Below are positions 13,105-25,482 of a stretch of 64,000 nt of DNA, piece after piece. How positions within the stretch are numbered: position 1 is the stretch's first letter; each line of letters starts with the position of its first letter. The notes below the pieces were generated by a model. It searched no databases, was not told where the DNA came from, and worked only from the letters and a program-made list of their open reading frames with translations. The position numbers and the translations under genes are program-made. Origin of the DNA: Octopus vulgaris (lineage: Eukaryota); NCBI GenBank assembly GCA_951406725.2, contig OX597829.1, forward strand, positions 32,054,001 to 32,118,000, written 5' to 3'.

Positions 13105-15932
13105 CGTATGTATGTATGACGTAAAGAAAGTCAGAAGGTACGAGATGAATATATTTCAACAGTTGACATCCATAAGAATTTTGATTGTTTTGCATCATGG
13201 AAAAATAATTTATTTTAGTGTATAATAAATTAGCTTACATGTCTGCATTAGTGTATATGTTATAAATTACATAGTACTATTGTACATTTTGCAAGCTAAT
13301 ACAGGTATAGAAGGTTGGCTCTTCAGATCCATAGAATATTATGGTTACTTCTATTCGTCATCTCCAATATATACATACAAAAAGTCATCTTCAATAATTA
13401 ATGTATGGAAGACAATAATTAATAAAAAAAAAAGTTTTCTATAGAAGGAAAGAAAGGATATTTAGTAAGATATTAAAAAGGAAACAGTGGGTGGTAGCAG
13501 TGGAAATGAAGATTGTGTATAATATAATAGACAAACTGCCGTTTATATATAGAGAGATAGTTTGTTGTTAATAGCCTAGAAGTATTAATAATAGAGGGAG
13601 AAAAAATTTTATGAAAGGAGAGGGGAAAACTTTTTCTTGGTATCCTTCTAGACCAAAGTCTAACTAACAACTAACCTATGCACTCTCCAAACTTACCTTT
13701 CAATGTACCCATGTTGAGTGTGTCAACTCTAAGGGGAAGGAGTGGTAAGGGTTACTGTGTTAGTTCCAGTTTAATCTATAATGCAAATGGTATGTATTTG
13801 AAACTAATGTGTATTTTTATTAGGCTGTTCTAAGTCAGTAAGGAAATGAATTAAATGAGATTTTAGCTGCTACTACTCAAAAATTCAAGTGACTACATTA
13901 AGGTTCCCTCAGTTCATTTTGCTTGTTATTGAAATCTGAATTATAGACTAATTATAAGTCTAGTACTTATTCTTTCAGTTTCTTTGCCTGACTGCTAAAT
14001 TACAAGACACAACTGAATCAACAATGGGTATCAAACAGCAACAAATGCATGTGCACACACATAATGTACATGTATAAGAGGTTTCTGTACAGTTTCCTCC
14101 ACTCAAATGACACTGACTGGTCTGGAGCTATATAAGATACTTGCCCAAGGTGTCATGCAATGAAACTGAATCTGAAAAAGCATCATTCTGAAGTGAATTT
14201 CTTAACCACACAATCCTGTCTTGTTGTTTACCCTTGTTGATCAATCATGATTGAGTAGACCTTACAATAAAAGGCATACTTGCCATGGCTATTTTGGCTT
14301 TTTCGAAGGTATCTAGGACTACATTATCCAGTGAGTCCCTTGTACATTAGCCACTGGGATTTCAAGGGATATTTAGCTGCTGTAGTGTCACAGATCATAA
14401 TATTGATTTCTAAATTTTGACATAAGGCCAGCAATTTCGGGTGAGGGGTTAGTCAATTACATCAACCCCGGTATTCAACTGGTGCTTATTTTATTGATCC
14501 AAAAGGATGAAAAGCAAAGTCAATCTCAGCAGAATTTTGAACTGAGAATTTAAAGATGAGCAAGATACAACTAAGCATTTTGCCCAGCTTGCTGTCTTAT
14601 CACAGGACATCATATTAAAAACAGTTCCTGCTGGGTAGTGTGATATGTAGAGCAGCTGTTGTCTATATGATCCCCAATTTCTCTTTTTCACTCTCTCTCT
14701 CTCTGAAATTGGTATGGCACCTGGTTCCAGACAATTAGTCATATTGACTCCAGTTCTATATCTATTTACCAGCTAAGTTAACCTTTTTTGTGTGTTTTTG
14801 ATGTGAAGGGACATAATTCCAATCACTTGCATACATTAGTAAATATAAATCATGGATACATACTCATGTGTATGTATACACACACACACACATGGTAGGT
14901 GATGTGCTGTAAGTAGTTTGCTTTCCAGGTTCAATCCCTCTATGTGGCACTATAGATAAACGTCTTTTATAGCCTCAGATCAACCAAAGCCATATTATGA
15001 GTGGGTTTAGTTGACAGAAATTATATCATGTGTGTGTGTTACTATCTCCATATAAACATGTGTCACCATAATGCAGTGTTATTCATCTCCAATATTCTGT
15101 GAGAACATGTCTGACCATGGGGAGATATTACATTTCTTGGATACAGGTAAGGGTTCTGGCTATGGAAAATCTGCTTCAACAAATTTTGTCTGGCCTGTTA
15201 AAATGATAATTATATATATATATATATATTTACTGTGCAAGTGGCACGTAAAAAGCACCCACTACACTCACGGAATGGTTGGCATTAGGAAGGGCATCCA
15301 GCTGTAGAAACATTGCCAGATAAGACTGGAGCCTGGTGCAGCCTTCTGGCTTCCCAGATCCCCGGTCGAACCGTCCAACCCATGCTAGCATGGAGAACGG
15401 ACGTTAAATGATGATGATGATTACACACACATACACACATATATATATATATATACAAATGATGTGTGTATGAGACAGATTTTCAAACAGTTTCTGATTG
15501 CCAAATTCTACTCACATGGTACCCAACTATAGCAGCAGTCTCTTGTCCAAGATGGTACCCATCCTGATTATTGAACCTGTTGTCATGAAACATACAACCA
15601 TACTTCTCTCTCTCTCACGCATATACACACGTGCGCATGCACATTACATCCATCATATTTGTAGGTTCATTAAATATAGGTTTTATTGTAATAACTGTTT
15701 ATGGTTGGATAGTGTTCTGATCATTAATCACTGAACAAATTCTAGTTCAGTTTCATAATTATTTCCCTGGTATTCAGAGACAGACTGGAGACAGACTGGG
15801 GACAAACTGTGTTTCTTGTGGCACAATGACCAATTAAGTAAACAGTAATGTAGTTTGAACTCATGCACATATAGTTCAGTAGCGAAAACCATTGTATTTT
15901 AAAACTGAATTTTCTTTTTATTTTCCTTTCAG

Positions 15933-15961
15933 TTCCCATCATGATGGAGCGGTTCAATTAA
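15933..15961 (+). CDS. TOMM5: TOMM5-like coding exon 2 (IPIMMERFN*)
   Basis: Strong pyrimidine tract ttttctttttattttcctttcAG. The phase-1 join gives ...FIRA-IPIMMERFN*, placing the conserved R-x-x-P of the Tom5 tail anchor; total 47 aa. Confidence 0.75.
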
Positions 15962-17161
15962 GTCTGGTTGAATAAGAAGACTAAAGAAACATTTCTAGAA
16001 GAGACAGTTCGAAGACCTTAGAACAAAATGAACTAGACCTGCTGTTTGGTGCAGACCACAGTTATGTCTTCATGTGTTCAGCACCAATCCAAAGTATGGA
16101 AGGTGTGCAGTTTTCTGGAATACGGTTGTATCATCATAGCTTCTGTACTCCAACAATGGATGGTTTGGTGCAGTGTTGTGGGTTACAGTTTTCATTCATT
16201 AGAAGTCATTCCAAGCATTAAAAATACCTGTTAATTATGACTTGGTGTTTATATTTATTCATAATTAAAAATTTTTTTTTAATGGTTTTTAGCCAGAGAT
16301 GGTGGGAGAACAACTTATGACCTCTCCTCTCCTTCAAAGTAGAAGGAAGGGATAATAAAGTTCTACTCAAACTAGAGACCGGACCCAAATGTTTGCAACA
16401 GGATGGACTCTGCTAAAAGCATCAAAGGACCAGGTGCTGGTGGTTTAACTGGCTGGTGAGTTTTTACTACAGAATATCAGCCTTCACTGTTCATATCTAT
16501 ACTGTTGATATCAACTTGCAGCAATTTAAGCAGAAGTTTAATGGCTCAACCACATTGGTTTTGAAGAATCTGTGAAGGCTGTAGGCACTGATTTTTTCCT
16601 TCAGACCTGCCAAGTTTAAAAAAAAAATAATGCCCTGTCATCATATGTGACCACTTCAAAGAAAGTGATTTCATCGGCATCCCTTGTCAACCGCAAAAGT
16701 TCACACCACAGCTACCTCCTATCCTTAGCACACTTTCTTGTCCCCACTCTCTCTTCAGCAATGCACTACACTGTTTCCAAAAGAATAAGTAGCTCATCAT
16801 ACACTGCTGACTATCGACATATTGATCTCACTTCCAAGATGAGGAAAATAGTTGTCAGCAGTCATTTTCCTTGCATTATCTCTGACCTCTTGTCAGTGAC
16901 CAGCACTATAGCTCCTGTAGAACTAGATCTATCAGCATCATCCTGTGTCATTAACCCCTGGTCTCTCTCCTATTTATGAACTTTGGAAAATAAAGTGTTC
17001 TACTTGATTAGTATTAATCTTTGCCTGTATCTGATATGAGAATTTGCTACCTAAATTATACCCCTGTCTCTCATTTCTTAGATTGGAAGTTTTCTGCTAG
17101 ACATTGCAGTGTGTGCTGCCAGGGATATCTCTAGCAGTTATGGGCCACTCCAATGCCTGTA

Positions 17162-17387
17162 TTAACCTTTTAACATTCAATTCAGCCAAAATATTCTACT
17201 CATTTTATGTTCAAACAGGCCAAATCTGGCCTTTTATACCTACCCTACAATGTCATTCTAAAAATAAACAATCACATCACTGAAATCTCAAAGCCACAAG
17301 ATAATGCATGGCTAATTGATTAATTCAAAACAATGTGAATAAATAAGCATTGTGTTTATCAGAATAATCTGAATGCTAAAGGCTTAA
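17162..17387. mobile_element. TTAA-flanked piggyBac-like MITE (~220 bp)
   Basis: TTAA-CC(C/T)TTTA(G/A)CATT...AATGCTAAAGG-TTAA; related copies at ~19720-20718 (split by Tigger), 45497-45707, 58420-58898, 61116-61290. Confidence 0.62.
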
Positions 17388-17789
17388 ACCTTCATAACAC
17401 AAGTAAAAAAAAGGAAAAGAAAAGTCATTTGCTGACAAGCCATTTCTTGTATTACATAATCAAAAAGTATTTTACAGTTGCTGTTAATAGCATTTGGTAT
17501 GCAATCTTAGTTATAGTATCTAATTCAGATTTGTATTTTTCTACCCTGTCCACCTTTTTTGAAAATAACAATATGCTATGTGATCAGCAATAGTTGTTCA
17601 AAGATGAATTTGTATATTTTTCTATCTCAGGGTATTAAAAATACCAAGAAAAATGAATTAATTTTACTGTAGATGATGAAGGTACAGTCCAGTAAGGGTA
17701 TATAGATGGGGAAAACAGCAAACTAGGGATCAAGCTAGTCAGGTGCATTGCCAACCAGATGATATAGGAAAGTGTCATAACTGATGACT

Positions 17790-19280
17790 GCCCTTGGAGT
17801 AGTTACGGACCAAGACTTTTGGAAATATGCTGTGCTTGAAAAGACCCAGCAAACCAAATGAGACCATAACCTCGTGGCCTATGCATACCTTTCCTTCATT
17901 GGACACTAAACTCTGCTTGCGAAGACCTGTTGAGGCCAGTGAAATTGAAATCAAATTCAATGACTGGCATCCATGTTAGTGGAGCACTAAGAGCTCCATT
18001 TGAGCAAGGTCGTTGCCAGTGCCACTGGACTGGCTCCTGTACAGGTGGCACGTAAAAAACACCATTTGAGAGTGGCCGTTGCCAGTACCGCCTGACTGTT
18101 CCTCGTGCCGGTGGTACGTAAAAGCACCCACTACACTCTCGGGGTGGTTGGTGTTAGGAAGGGCATCAAGCTGTAGAAACTCTGCCAGATCAGATTGGAG
18201 CCTGGAGCAGCCATCTGGCTCGCCAGTCCTCAGTCAAATCGTCCAACCCATGCTAGCATGGAAAGCAGATGTTAAATGATGATGATAATTGCTACAAAAA
18301 GTATCAAAGTGACAGGCCAAGTAATGGAAAGAGTATTAGCACAATTTGAGAGAACCTGTGGAAGGAGTAAACCTAGGAAGATGTGAGACAAGGTGGTAGA
18401 ATATGATCTTTGGTTGTGAGCTTCATGGAGGCTATGACAAGTGACCAAGACTTCTGGCAATCTGCTGTGCTTGAGAAGATACATCAAGCTAAGTGAATAG
18501 TGGCCATTGCCAGTGCTGATGACATAGAAGGTGCGTAAAGTGGTTGGCATTAAGAAAGGTACCAAGCTGAAATGGATGACTAGAGCCTGGTGCAGCTAAC
18601 CAGGTCTAGTCAAACCAACTCATGCCAGCATGGGAAACCGACATTAAATGTTGATGGTAATTAATAAATGATTAATTCAGGTGAGATGTGGCAAAGAGTT
18701 CTCGTTTTTTTGATCTACAGAAAATTTTTGACAGGCTGTTATAATCAGTAATTTGGTGGTCTTTAAGAAAATATGTAGATGAAGGGCTCATGAGAATGGT
18801 GCAAACCATATAGGGATCCAGTGAGAGTTGGCAATAAGGTCAAAGAGGAATTCAATGTTTCTCTAGGCTTGCACTAGGCTTTCCTCCCATATAACTCTCC
18901 AAAGAACAAATGAGGAGTTTAAGACTAATGTCACTGTCTGTAGCAACTCATATACTGATGACATAGTACTTACAGCAGAGTTGTAGAAGACTGCGAGTAA
19001 AAGTTTCAGACATGGAAACAAAATTTAGAATTGATATGTCTCCAAAAGTTTCAGGGAGCTACTATCTGTTGCCAATAAGGGAGTTCTCACTTTGAGCGAA
19101 AGGTAATTAATTTGTGAGATGCTTGTGTATGCATTGTAGTAAAACGTAGACATTGAATACAGACACTGGAAAGAAATGAAGTACGAATTGCATAAAGTTA
19201 GCATCCATAAACAGGGTACGAATGAGCTGGGAGATAAACTGGGTACAAGAAGAATCAGATGTGTACAACAGAGATGACTA
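17790..19280 (+). mobile_element. Cluster of degraded RTE-clade LINE fragments
   Basis: Two 3' ends (DQDFWKYAVLEKT..K*; TCGRSKPRK...AMTSDQDFWQSAVLEK) each followed by a UTR and (GAT)n-type tail; RT remnants VRVGNKVKEEFNVSLGLH*G and YTDDIVLTAE near 18825-18980. Confidence 0.68.
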
Positions 19281-19789
19281 ACAGAATGAATCTTTTATCT
19301 TTTACTTGAGGCCATGCTGGGGCACCGCTTTGAAGAATTTTTAGTCAAATGACTCAACCCCAGTACAATTTTTTTAAAGCCTGGTACTTATTCTATTGAT
19401 CCTTTTGCCAAACCACTAAGTTACAGGGATATAAACACACCAACACCAGTTATCAAGTAGTGGTGGGGGACAAACAAAGACACAGCTTCTTATCACACAA
19501 CCATACATATGTTTTAAATAGATTTTTAATACAGTGGCAATACCTCACCAATTCCAACTTCCTTTTCAAGAGATATTTTGTTACATCAAATAAAATTACT
19601 GTTAAAATGTAGAAATGGGATGAATGCAATAGCATTTCTGTAGGGAGAATTATTTCTCGCTATCTTAACATCTATATTTTTGGATAAGAGGGAATATCAA
19701 TAATGTGACATCTACATTTTTCTGAGCATTCAAATTATTCTGTCAAATATAATGCTTATTTATTCAAATTGGTTTCAATTAATCATGTA

Positions 19790-20588
19790 CAGTCAACTCT
19801 CGCTACTATGCCAGTTTTGCGCAGTCCCGGCCAAATAATAAACAAAATGTTTTTACTATGCCACCTTCAACTCTCGCTACTATGCCACTTGTAAACTGAA
19901 GCGCACGCAACTTTTCGAAATTTTGTACATTTCGTATTTGTAATCTTGTGGAAAAGTGCAGAAAGTAGCACACAATGTCAGCTCAGAAACGCAAGCGGAC
20001 TGAGTTTACGCTGAAGGAAAAGAAGGAGATTATCGATGCTGCGAAAAACGTTATTGTCGGGCCACTCGTATCATTAGTAATATCTGATACAAGTTACCGT
20101 CCCTTGTATTGTCCGACATGTTTCACTCTAGAAGAAATAGCAAAGGAGGTAATGCATAACGAAGAGCCGGTGGAAAGTGAAGACGACGAGGTAATTGTGG
20201 AAGAGGAATACGTTTCGTTTGCAAATGCCCAGAGAGCATGGAGCACTATCCGAAAGTTTATGCAGCAGCAGAGCAGCGGAAAACCCAGCGTCATGCAGGC
20301 GTGTGATAGGCTAGACCACGAAATGAATGAAATCCACCAAAAGAAGATGCGTCAGCCAACAATTTTTGAGAGCTTCGGGATTAACTAAAAGCAATCTGAA
20401 CTTAATAAACTTGGATGTCTTCTTTTTACCATTGCATTGAACTTCTTATTGGCCTTACTTCCTACCCTATGAATTTTTATTCGTATGTTCAGTAAATCTT
20501 TGGTTATGTAGTGATTAGATAAGAGACCCTCAGTACTATGCCACTTTGGCTCAGTCCCGCAGGGTGGCATAGTAGTGAGAGTTGACTG
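19790..20588 (+). mobile_element. pogo/Tigger-type internally deleted DNA transposon (799 bp)
   Basis: 24-bp TIRs CAGTCAACTCTC(G/A)CTACTATGCCA with 1 mismatch; TA on both sides; internal ACTATGCCA repeats; ORF with Tigger-like ends. Confidence 0.88.
19975..20388 (+). pseudogene. Truncated Tigger-like transposase ORF (N- and C-termini fused, no DDE)
   Basis: MSAQKRKRTEFTLKEKKEII (start of a CENP-B/psq-type HTH) joined to an acidic region and a KKMRQPTIFESF tail typical of Tigger C-termini. Confidence 0.7.
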
Positions 20589-20829
20589 TATTATTTCATA
20601 GCTTTGAGGTTTAGAAGCTGTGATTGTTTAGGTGTGAGAGGCAGGATCTTGCTAGTTTGAAGATATAACTGGAAGAACACTTGAGCCGGACATAGTCAGT
20701 TTAAATGCTAAAGGATTAATGATATAAATGAAATATAATGTTTTTAATTGAAGATTCAAATATTTAGGCTGAACTCATCAAGATTTTTACCTCAGATTTG
20801 AAGTGCTTCACCACAAAATATTCACATTG

Positions 20830-21205
20830 CGCAGGAGTGGCTGTGTGGTAAGTAGCTTGCTCACCAACCACATGGTTCTGGGTTCAGTCCCACTGTGTGC
20901 CACCTTGGGCAAGTGTCTTCTACTATAGCCTCAGGCCAACCAAAGCCTTGTGAGTGGATTTGGTAGACAGAAACTGAAAGAAGCCCGTCTTATATATGTG
21001 TGTGTCTGTGTTTGTCCCCCACAACATCACTTGACAACCGATACTGGTGTGTTTGCGTCCCCGTCACTTAGCGGTTCGGCAAAAGAGACCGATAAAATAA
21101 GTACTAGGCTTACAAAGAATAAGTTCTGGGGGTTATTTGCTCGACTAAAGGCAGTGCTCCAGCATGGCCACAGTCAAATGACTGAAACAAGTGAAAGATA
21201 AAGAG
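20830..21205 (+). mobile_element. SINE family A copy flanked by 85-bp direct repeats
   Basis: Full-length copy; flanks 20745-20829 and 21206-21290 are near-identical. Confidence 0.85.
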
Positions 21206-22487
21206 TAATTGAAGATTCAAATATTTAGACTGAACTCATCAAAATTTTTACCCCCGATTTGAAGAGCTTCACCACAAAATATTCACATTGAAGTAACTTC
21301 AATATCAGGGTTTCGCAAGTGTTGCCCACAAGGGGGATCTAGGAGTGCTGTAAGATTTTAATTAGGTCTTTAGAAATTCTTAACTAAATGTTTGAGGTGA
21401 TTTGACAAACATGTTATATGTAATTTTGTAATATACAAATATGATTAATCTTTTTATTATTATATTTCTGTTGAAATACAATGTCTTAATTTCTGGCAAC
21501 CTAATCCACTCAAAAAAAGCTTTGATCAGCCCAGGGTTTAATAGCAGACACTTACCGGAGATGCCACGTAGTGGGATTGAACCTGAAACAATGCAGTGTG
21601 TATAGGAAGTGAACTCCTTAACCACACAGCCATGGATAGATACACCAAAAAATTTAACACGTTATTAGCTCTATGAAAAAGCAATAGTCAGAATAATGTT
21701 AACATCTTAAGTATGTAAAAAGAGTCAAGACTATTGAAAAGGTTGCAAGATGCAACAAAAATTTTAGGAAAATAAAAATAAGAAAAAAGTGGAAATTTTA
21801 CCGGTGAGTGTGTTACATTATAAGGCACAAAAAGAAAATGACTCTCCCCAGACACAACATCATAAAAAAAGTTAACTGGAAATAATCAGGCAGTGAAGGG
21901 AAAAATTAGTCATTGATTAATAGTGTTGCAAGTAGAATATTACCTGTCATAAAACAGTTAAGTTTGCACGAACACTTTTGCTAACATGGATAATATCAGG
22001 AAATATGGCACACATTAATTATAATATAACTTTTATAAAATTTCTCAGTAAGCAAATGATGAAATGAATACTAATTTTCAAAAGAAAAATATTACCTTAA
22101 AACAAAATTAAAAGAATTTCTCATTTGTATATTTACAAAAGTGTGTATTTTTCAGTAAGTTATTATTGCCTGCCACCAAGCCTACTATGTGCACTCATCC
22201 TGCACCCCTTATGTCAGCTCTCTCTGAATCTCTCTTTTACTCTCTGTCCCCTTCTCTCTATACAATGTATATTAGCTATTATCATATAGAGATTATTTGG
22301 GTAAGTATGGGAGACAACTGTTAACATGTTTCAGTCTTATTTGACCTCATTGAAACAAACTTCACTGAATTTAAAGTAACAATGATAAAATTACAAATGT
22401 TGTACATGAGCATATAATCATGTAGTTTTACAATGTTAAGAGATGATGAATTGACACAGTTGCTTAAATAAAGTGTTTAGGTGTACG

Positions 22488-22873
22488 CTGGCCTCTGTGC
22501 CAGTGGCACATAAAAAGCACCATCCGTTCGTGGCCGTTGCCAGCCTCGCCTGGCCCCCGTGCCGGTGGCACGTAAAAAGCACCATCCGATTGTGGCCGTT
22601 GCCAGCCTCGCCTGGCCCCCGTGCTGGTGGCACGTAAAAAGCACCATCCGTCCGTGGCTGTTTGCCAGCTCCGTCTGGCACCTGTGTGGGTGGCACATAA
22701 AAAGCACCCACTACACTCACGGAGTGGTTGGCGTTAGGAAGGGCATCCAGCCGTAGAAACACTGCCAGATCAGACTGGGCCTGATGCAGCCTTCTGGCTT
22801 CACAGACCCCAGTTGAACCGTCCAACCTATGCTAGCATGGAAAGCGGACGCTAAATGATGATGATGATGATGA
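22488..22873 (+). mobile_element. RTE-3'UTR-derived repeat with internal tandem GGTGGCACGTAAAAAGCACC units and (GAT)n tail
   Basis: Family also at ~1760-2036, 15235-15422, 27765-27945(-), 34081-34530(-), 37340-37650(-), 48225-48620(-), 51293-51590(-), 61542-61900(-); linked to the RTE ORF end at 17800-18286. Confidence 0.75.
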
Positions 22874-23409
22874 GTTCAAATCTTAACAGGGTTGACTTTT
22901 GTTGCCAAACTCCAAGTCCAATAACCGTTTTGTTGCTATATTTCTGTTGAAATACTCTGTCATTGTTTCAGTGGATTTTGAAAATAATAAAGAGTTTCAG
23001 TAAAATAACTTTGTCATTATTAAGCTGGTTTGGAATATAAATTAACATGGAATTCAAGTTATATCACTTTAAAACATGAAGTTTGTATCTTAGAAACTGG
23101 AGTGGTCTCCAGCAGGTTTCAGAGCTTATTTTCGCTTCTGAAGCTTTTAAGTGACTGAGAGAGCAAGACAAATGGGATGCCAGTCCATTGCAAGGTTAAC
23201 CTCACTCCCCTAGCTGTCACTAATATTAATTTTCCTCTGAGTGGACTAAAGAAACATGAAACGAAGAGCTTTACTCAAGGACACAATGTGCTGCCAGTCT
23301 TAGAATTCGACCCATGGCCTGATAATTGCAAACCCAATGTCCAAACCACAAAGCAACATATCTTCACACATCAAAGCAAGAAGTAGTCTTGAAGGACACT
23401 TTGATTTTT

Positions 23410-23740
23410 TTTTTTTTTAGAAAAGCTCTCCTTATGCCAAGTTAAAAATGACTCCACTCCACTTCTTGGGAGGGTCATGGCGATAGTGTCCTATCAGAAG
23501 CAACAGCCGTCACTACACTTTCTGAGTGAATTCCCAAGCATGATCAACTGAAATTGTGGATATTATCTAACCATCTTGTTCTTGATCTACCTTTAGGTCT
23601 CTTGTCATTTGGCTTGGTTTGAAGAACCCCTCTTGTAATTCTTTCCTGTGACATTCTAATCACATGTTCATGGTACCAGAGTTGTAGTGAAGTAGCAGCT
23701 CAACCTAGAGACATTCCCTGGTCCCTAAGCTATGCACCCT
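23410..23740 (-). mobile_element. RTE-clade LINE 3' fragment
   Basis: LQLWYHEHVIRMSQERITRGVLQTKPNDKRPKGRSRTRWLDNI resembles the RTE ORF C-terminus (W.GHV.RM...KRPRGRP..RW.D). Confidence 0.68.
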
Positions 23741-23844
23741 GACAATCATATTTTTTCAGTTACAATTGGAAAAATAAATCAAAATATTTTGTTTTTGGAT
23801 TTGGTTTGCAAGATTCTTTATATGAGTTCGTGTGTTGAAGCATA

Positions 23845-24071
23845 TTCTGCTGTGTCTGGGGAGAGTCGTTTTCTTTTTGTGCCTTATAATTTAACACACT
23901 CACTGGTAAAATTTCCACATTTTCGTTGCATATAACAACCTTTTGAAAAGGTTGCAAGTTGCAATGAAAATTTTAGGAAAATAAAAATAAGAAAGAAGTG
24001 GAAATTTTACCGGTGAGTATGTTAAATTATAGGGCACAAAAAGAAAATGACTCTTCCCAGACACAACAGAA
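23845..24071. repeat. Fold-back inverted repeat, 74-bp arms
   Basis: 23845-23918 versus 23998-24071; a solo copy of the right half lies at 21734-21859. Confidence 0.85.
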
Positions 24072-24211
24072 GTCAATAAAGGAAAAACAGTAAATCAAAA
24101 TATGATGTAAAAATATTGTATTCAAGCTATATATATATATAATTATATTTTGTAAAATCAATAAAAATTATTTCTTCATTTTCAATTCTTTATATTTGTA
24201 GTTCTCGTTTT

Positions 24212-24286
24212 TCAAAGATTTTCTGATAGAAGATCTGGAACATTGGTAATCTTGAAGTTTAGTAAATGTTGACCCAATGCTTTGCC
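24212..24286 (-). CDS. AtuA-family last coding exon K
   Basis: ttatAG|GKALGQHLLNFKITNVPDLLSENL*; completes the DPQGK..GQ.LL motif; TGA at 24214-24212. Confidence 0.9.
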   Translation of the reverse strand, partial: GKALGQHLLNFKITNVPDLLSENL

Positions 24287-24833
24287 CTATAATTAAAAAG
24301 AAACAACAAACTTAACAGAATCCTTTTCAAATCAAGCACATAGAAATTGGGTTAATTAATTATGCAATTAATTATATCACAAGCAAATATATAATGACTT
24401 TTATTTATTTTCTTTCATGAATCTCAAAGTTAATTCTGGAATGTGAGTGAATGAAAGAGTATGGTTGTTAGATTCTAACCTAAGTCCTAGGTCACACAAT
24501 AGCTTCTCATCAATGGTAAGCCCCTTTTCACCACACACAAAATGCTAATCTTACCTTGCTTCAAACCTGCAACTCTTGATTAAGTTATAGGGCTATCATT
24601 GTGACCTGGACACAAATATTTGGCAGAGCCCATATTTCACTAGATCTAGCCATGGCCTATTTGCATTTATGTGTGTGGGAAGCGTGAAAGGAAAGAAGGG
24701 GACGAGGAAGCCATAACTAAAGAAAAATAGAACTTTGCATAATAACCTACACATATATGTATATATATATATATTTTTATATATATATATACATACATAT
24801 ATATACATATGTATATATATATATATTTTTATA

Positions 24834-24887
<54 letters not shown>

Positions 24888-25080
24888 GTTAATCCAAACA
24901 TGAACAAAGAGAAAACACAACAACGCGAGGACGTGGAACAAGTATAGTGTTATTGGATACTCAGGAAAGGAAAGAAAGAAGGAGGATTTAATGTTTCGAG
25001 CAGAGCTCTTCATCAGAAATATAGAAAAAGGAAAGATCCAAAGAAGGGAAGACGGAGAAAGAAAATCGCCAACGATACAT
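24888..25080 (-). mobile_element. Short Penelope-pLTR-like fragment with minimal hammerhead-like motif
   Basis: Embedded in (TA)n; minus strand auuu-CUGAUGA-A-GAGC-ucu-GCUC-GAAAC-AUU-aaau at 25020-24986. Confidence 0.5.
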
Positions 25081-25086
25081 ACACAA

Positions 25087-25133
<47 letters not shown>

Positions 25134-25482
25134 CACATATATGCATATATATACATATATATATACATATATATATACATATATACATATATATATATAT
25201 ATACATATATACATATATATATACATATATACATATATATACACATATATATACATATATATATATATATATTTATTGAAATGGATAAATGAATTATCTT
25301 GTTAAGGATTATTCAAAATTTAACCGATACCTGGGTAGCAAAAATCACAACAGAAAAAACACGGTTGGAGTTACGACCTTGGGGTGTCGCAACCGTGCCT
25401 TAGCGCGGATAATTGAAGTTTAATATATTTAGTGAAGGGAAGAAATGGAGCTGAACAAAGATTCTACAGAATTCCTTTTATT

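Noticed and set aside
22495-22710. Regularly spaced GTGGCACGTAAAAAGCACC repeats resembling a CRISPR array
   Set aside because: Spacers are similar to each other, the context is eukaryotic, there are no cas genes, and the units are internal to an RTE-derived dispersed repeat.
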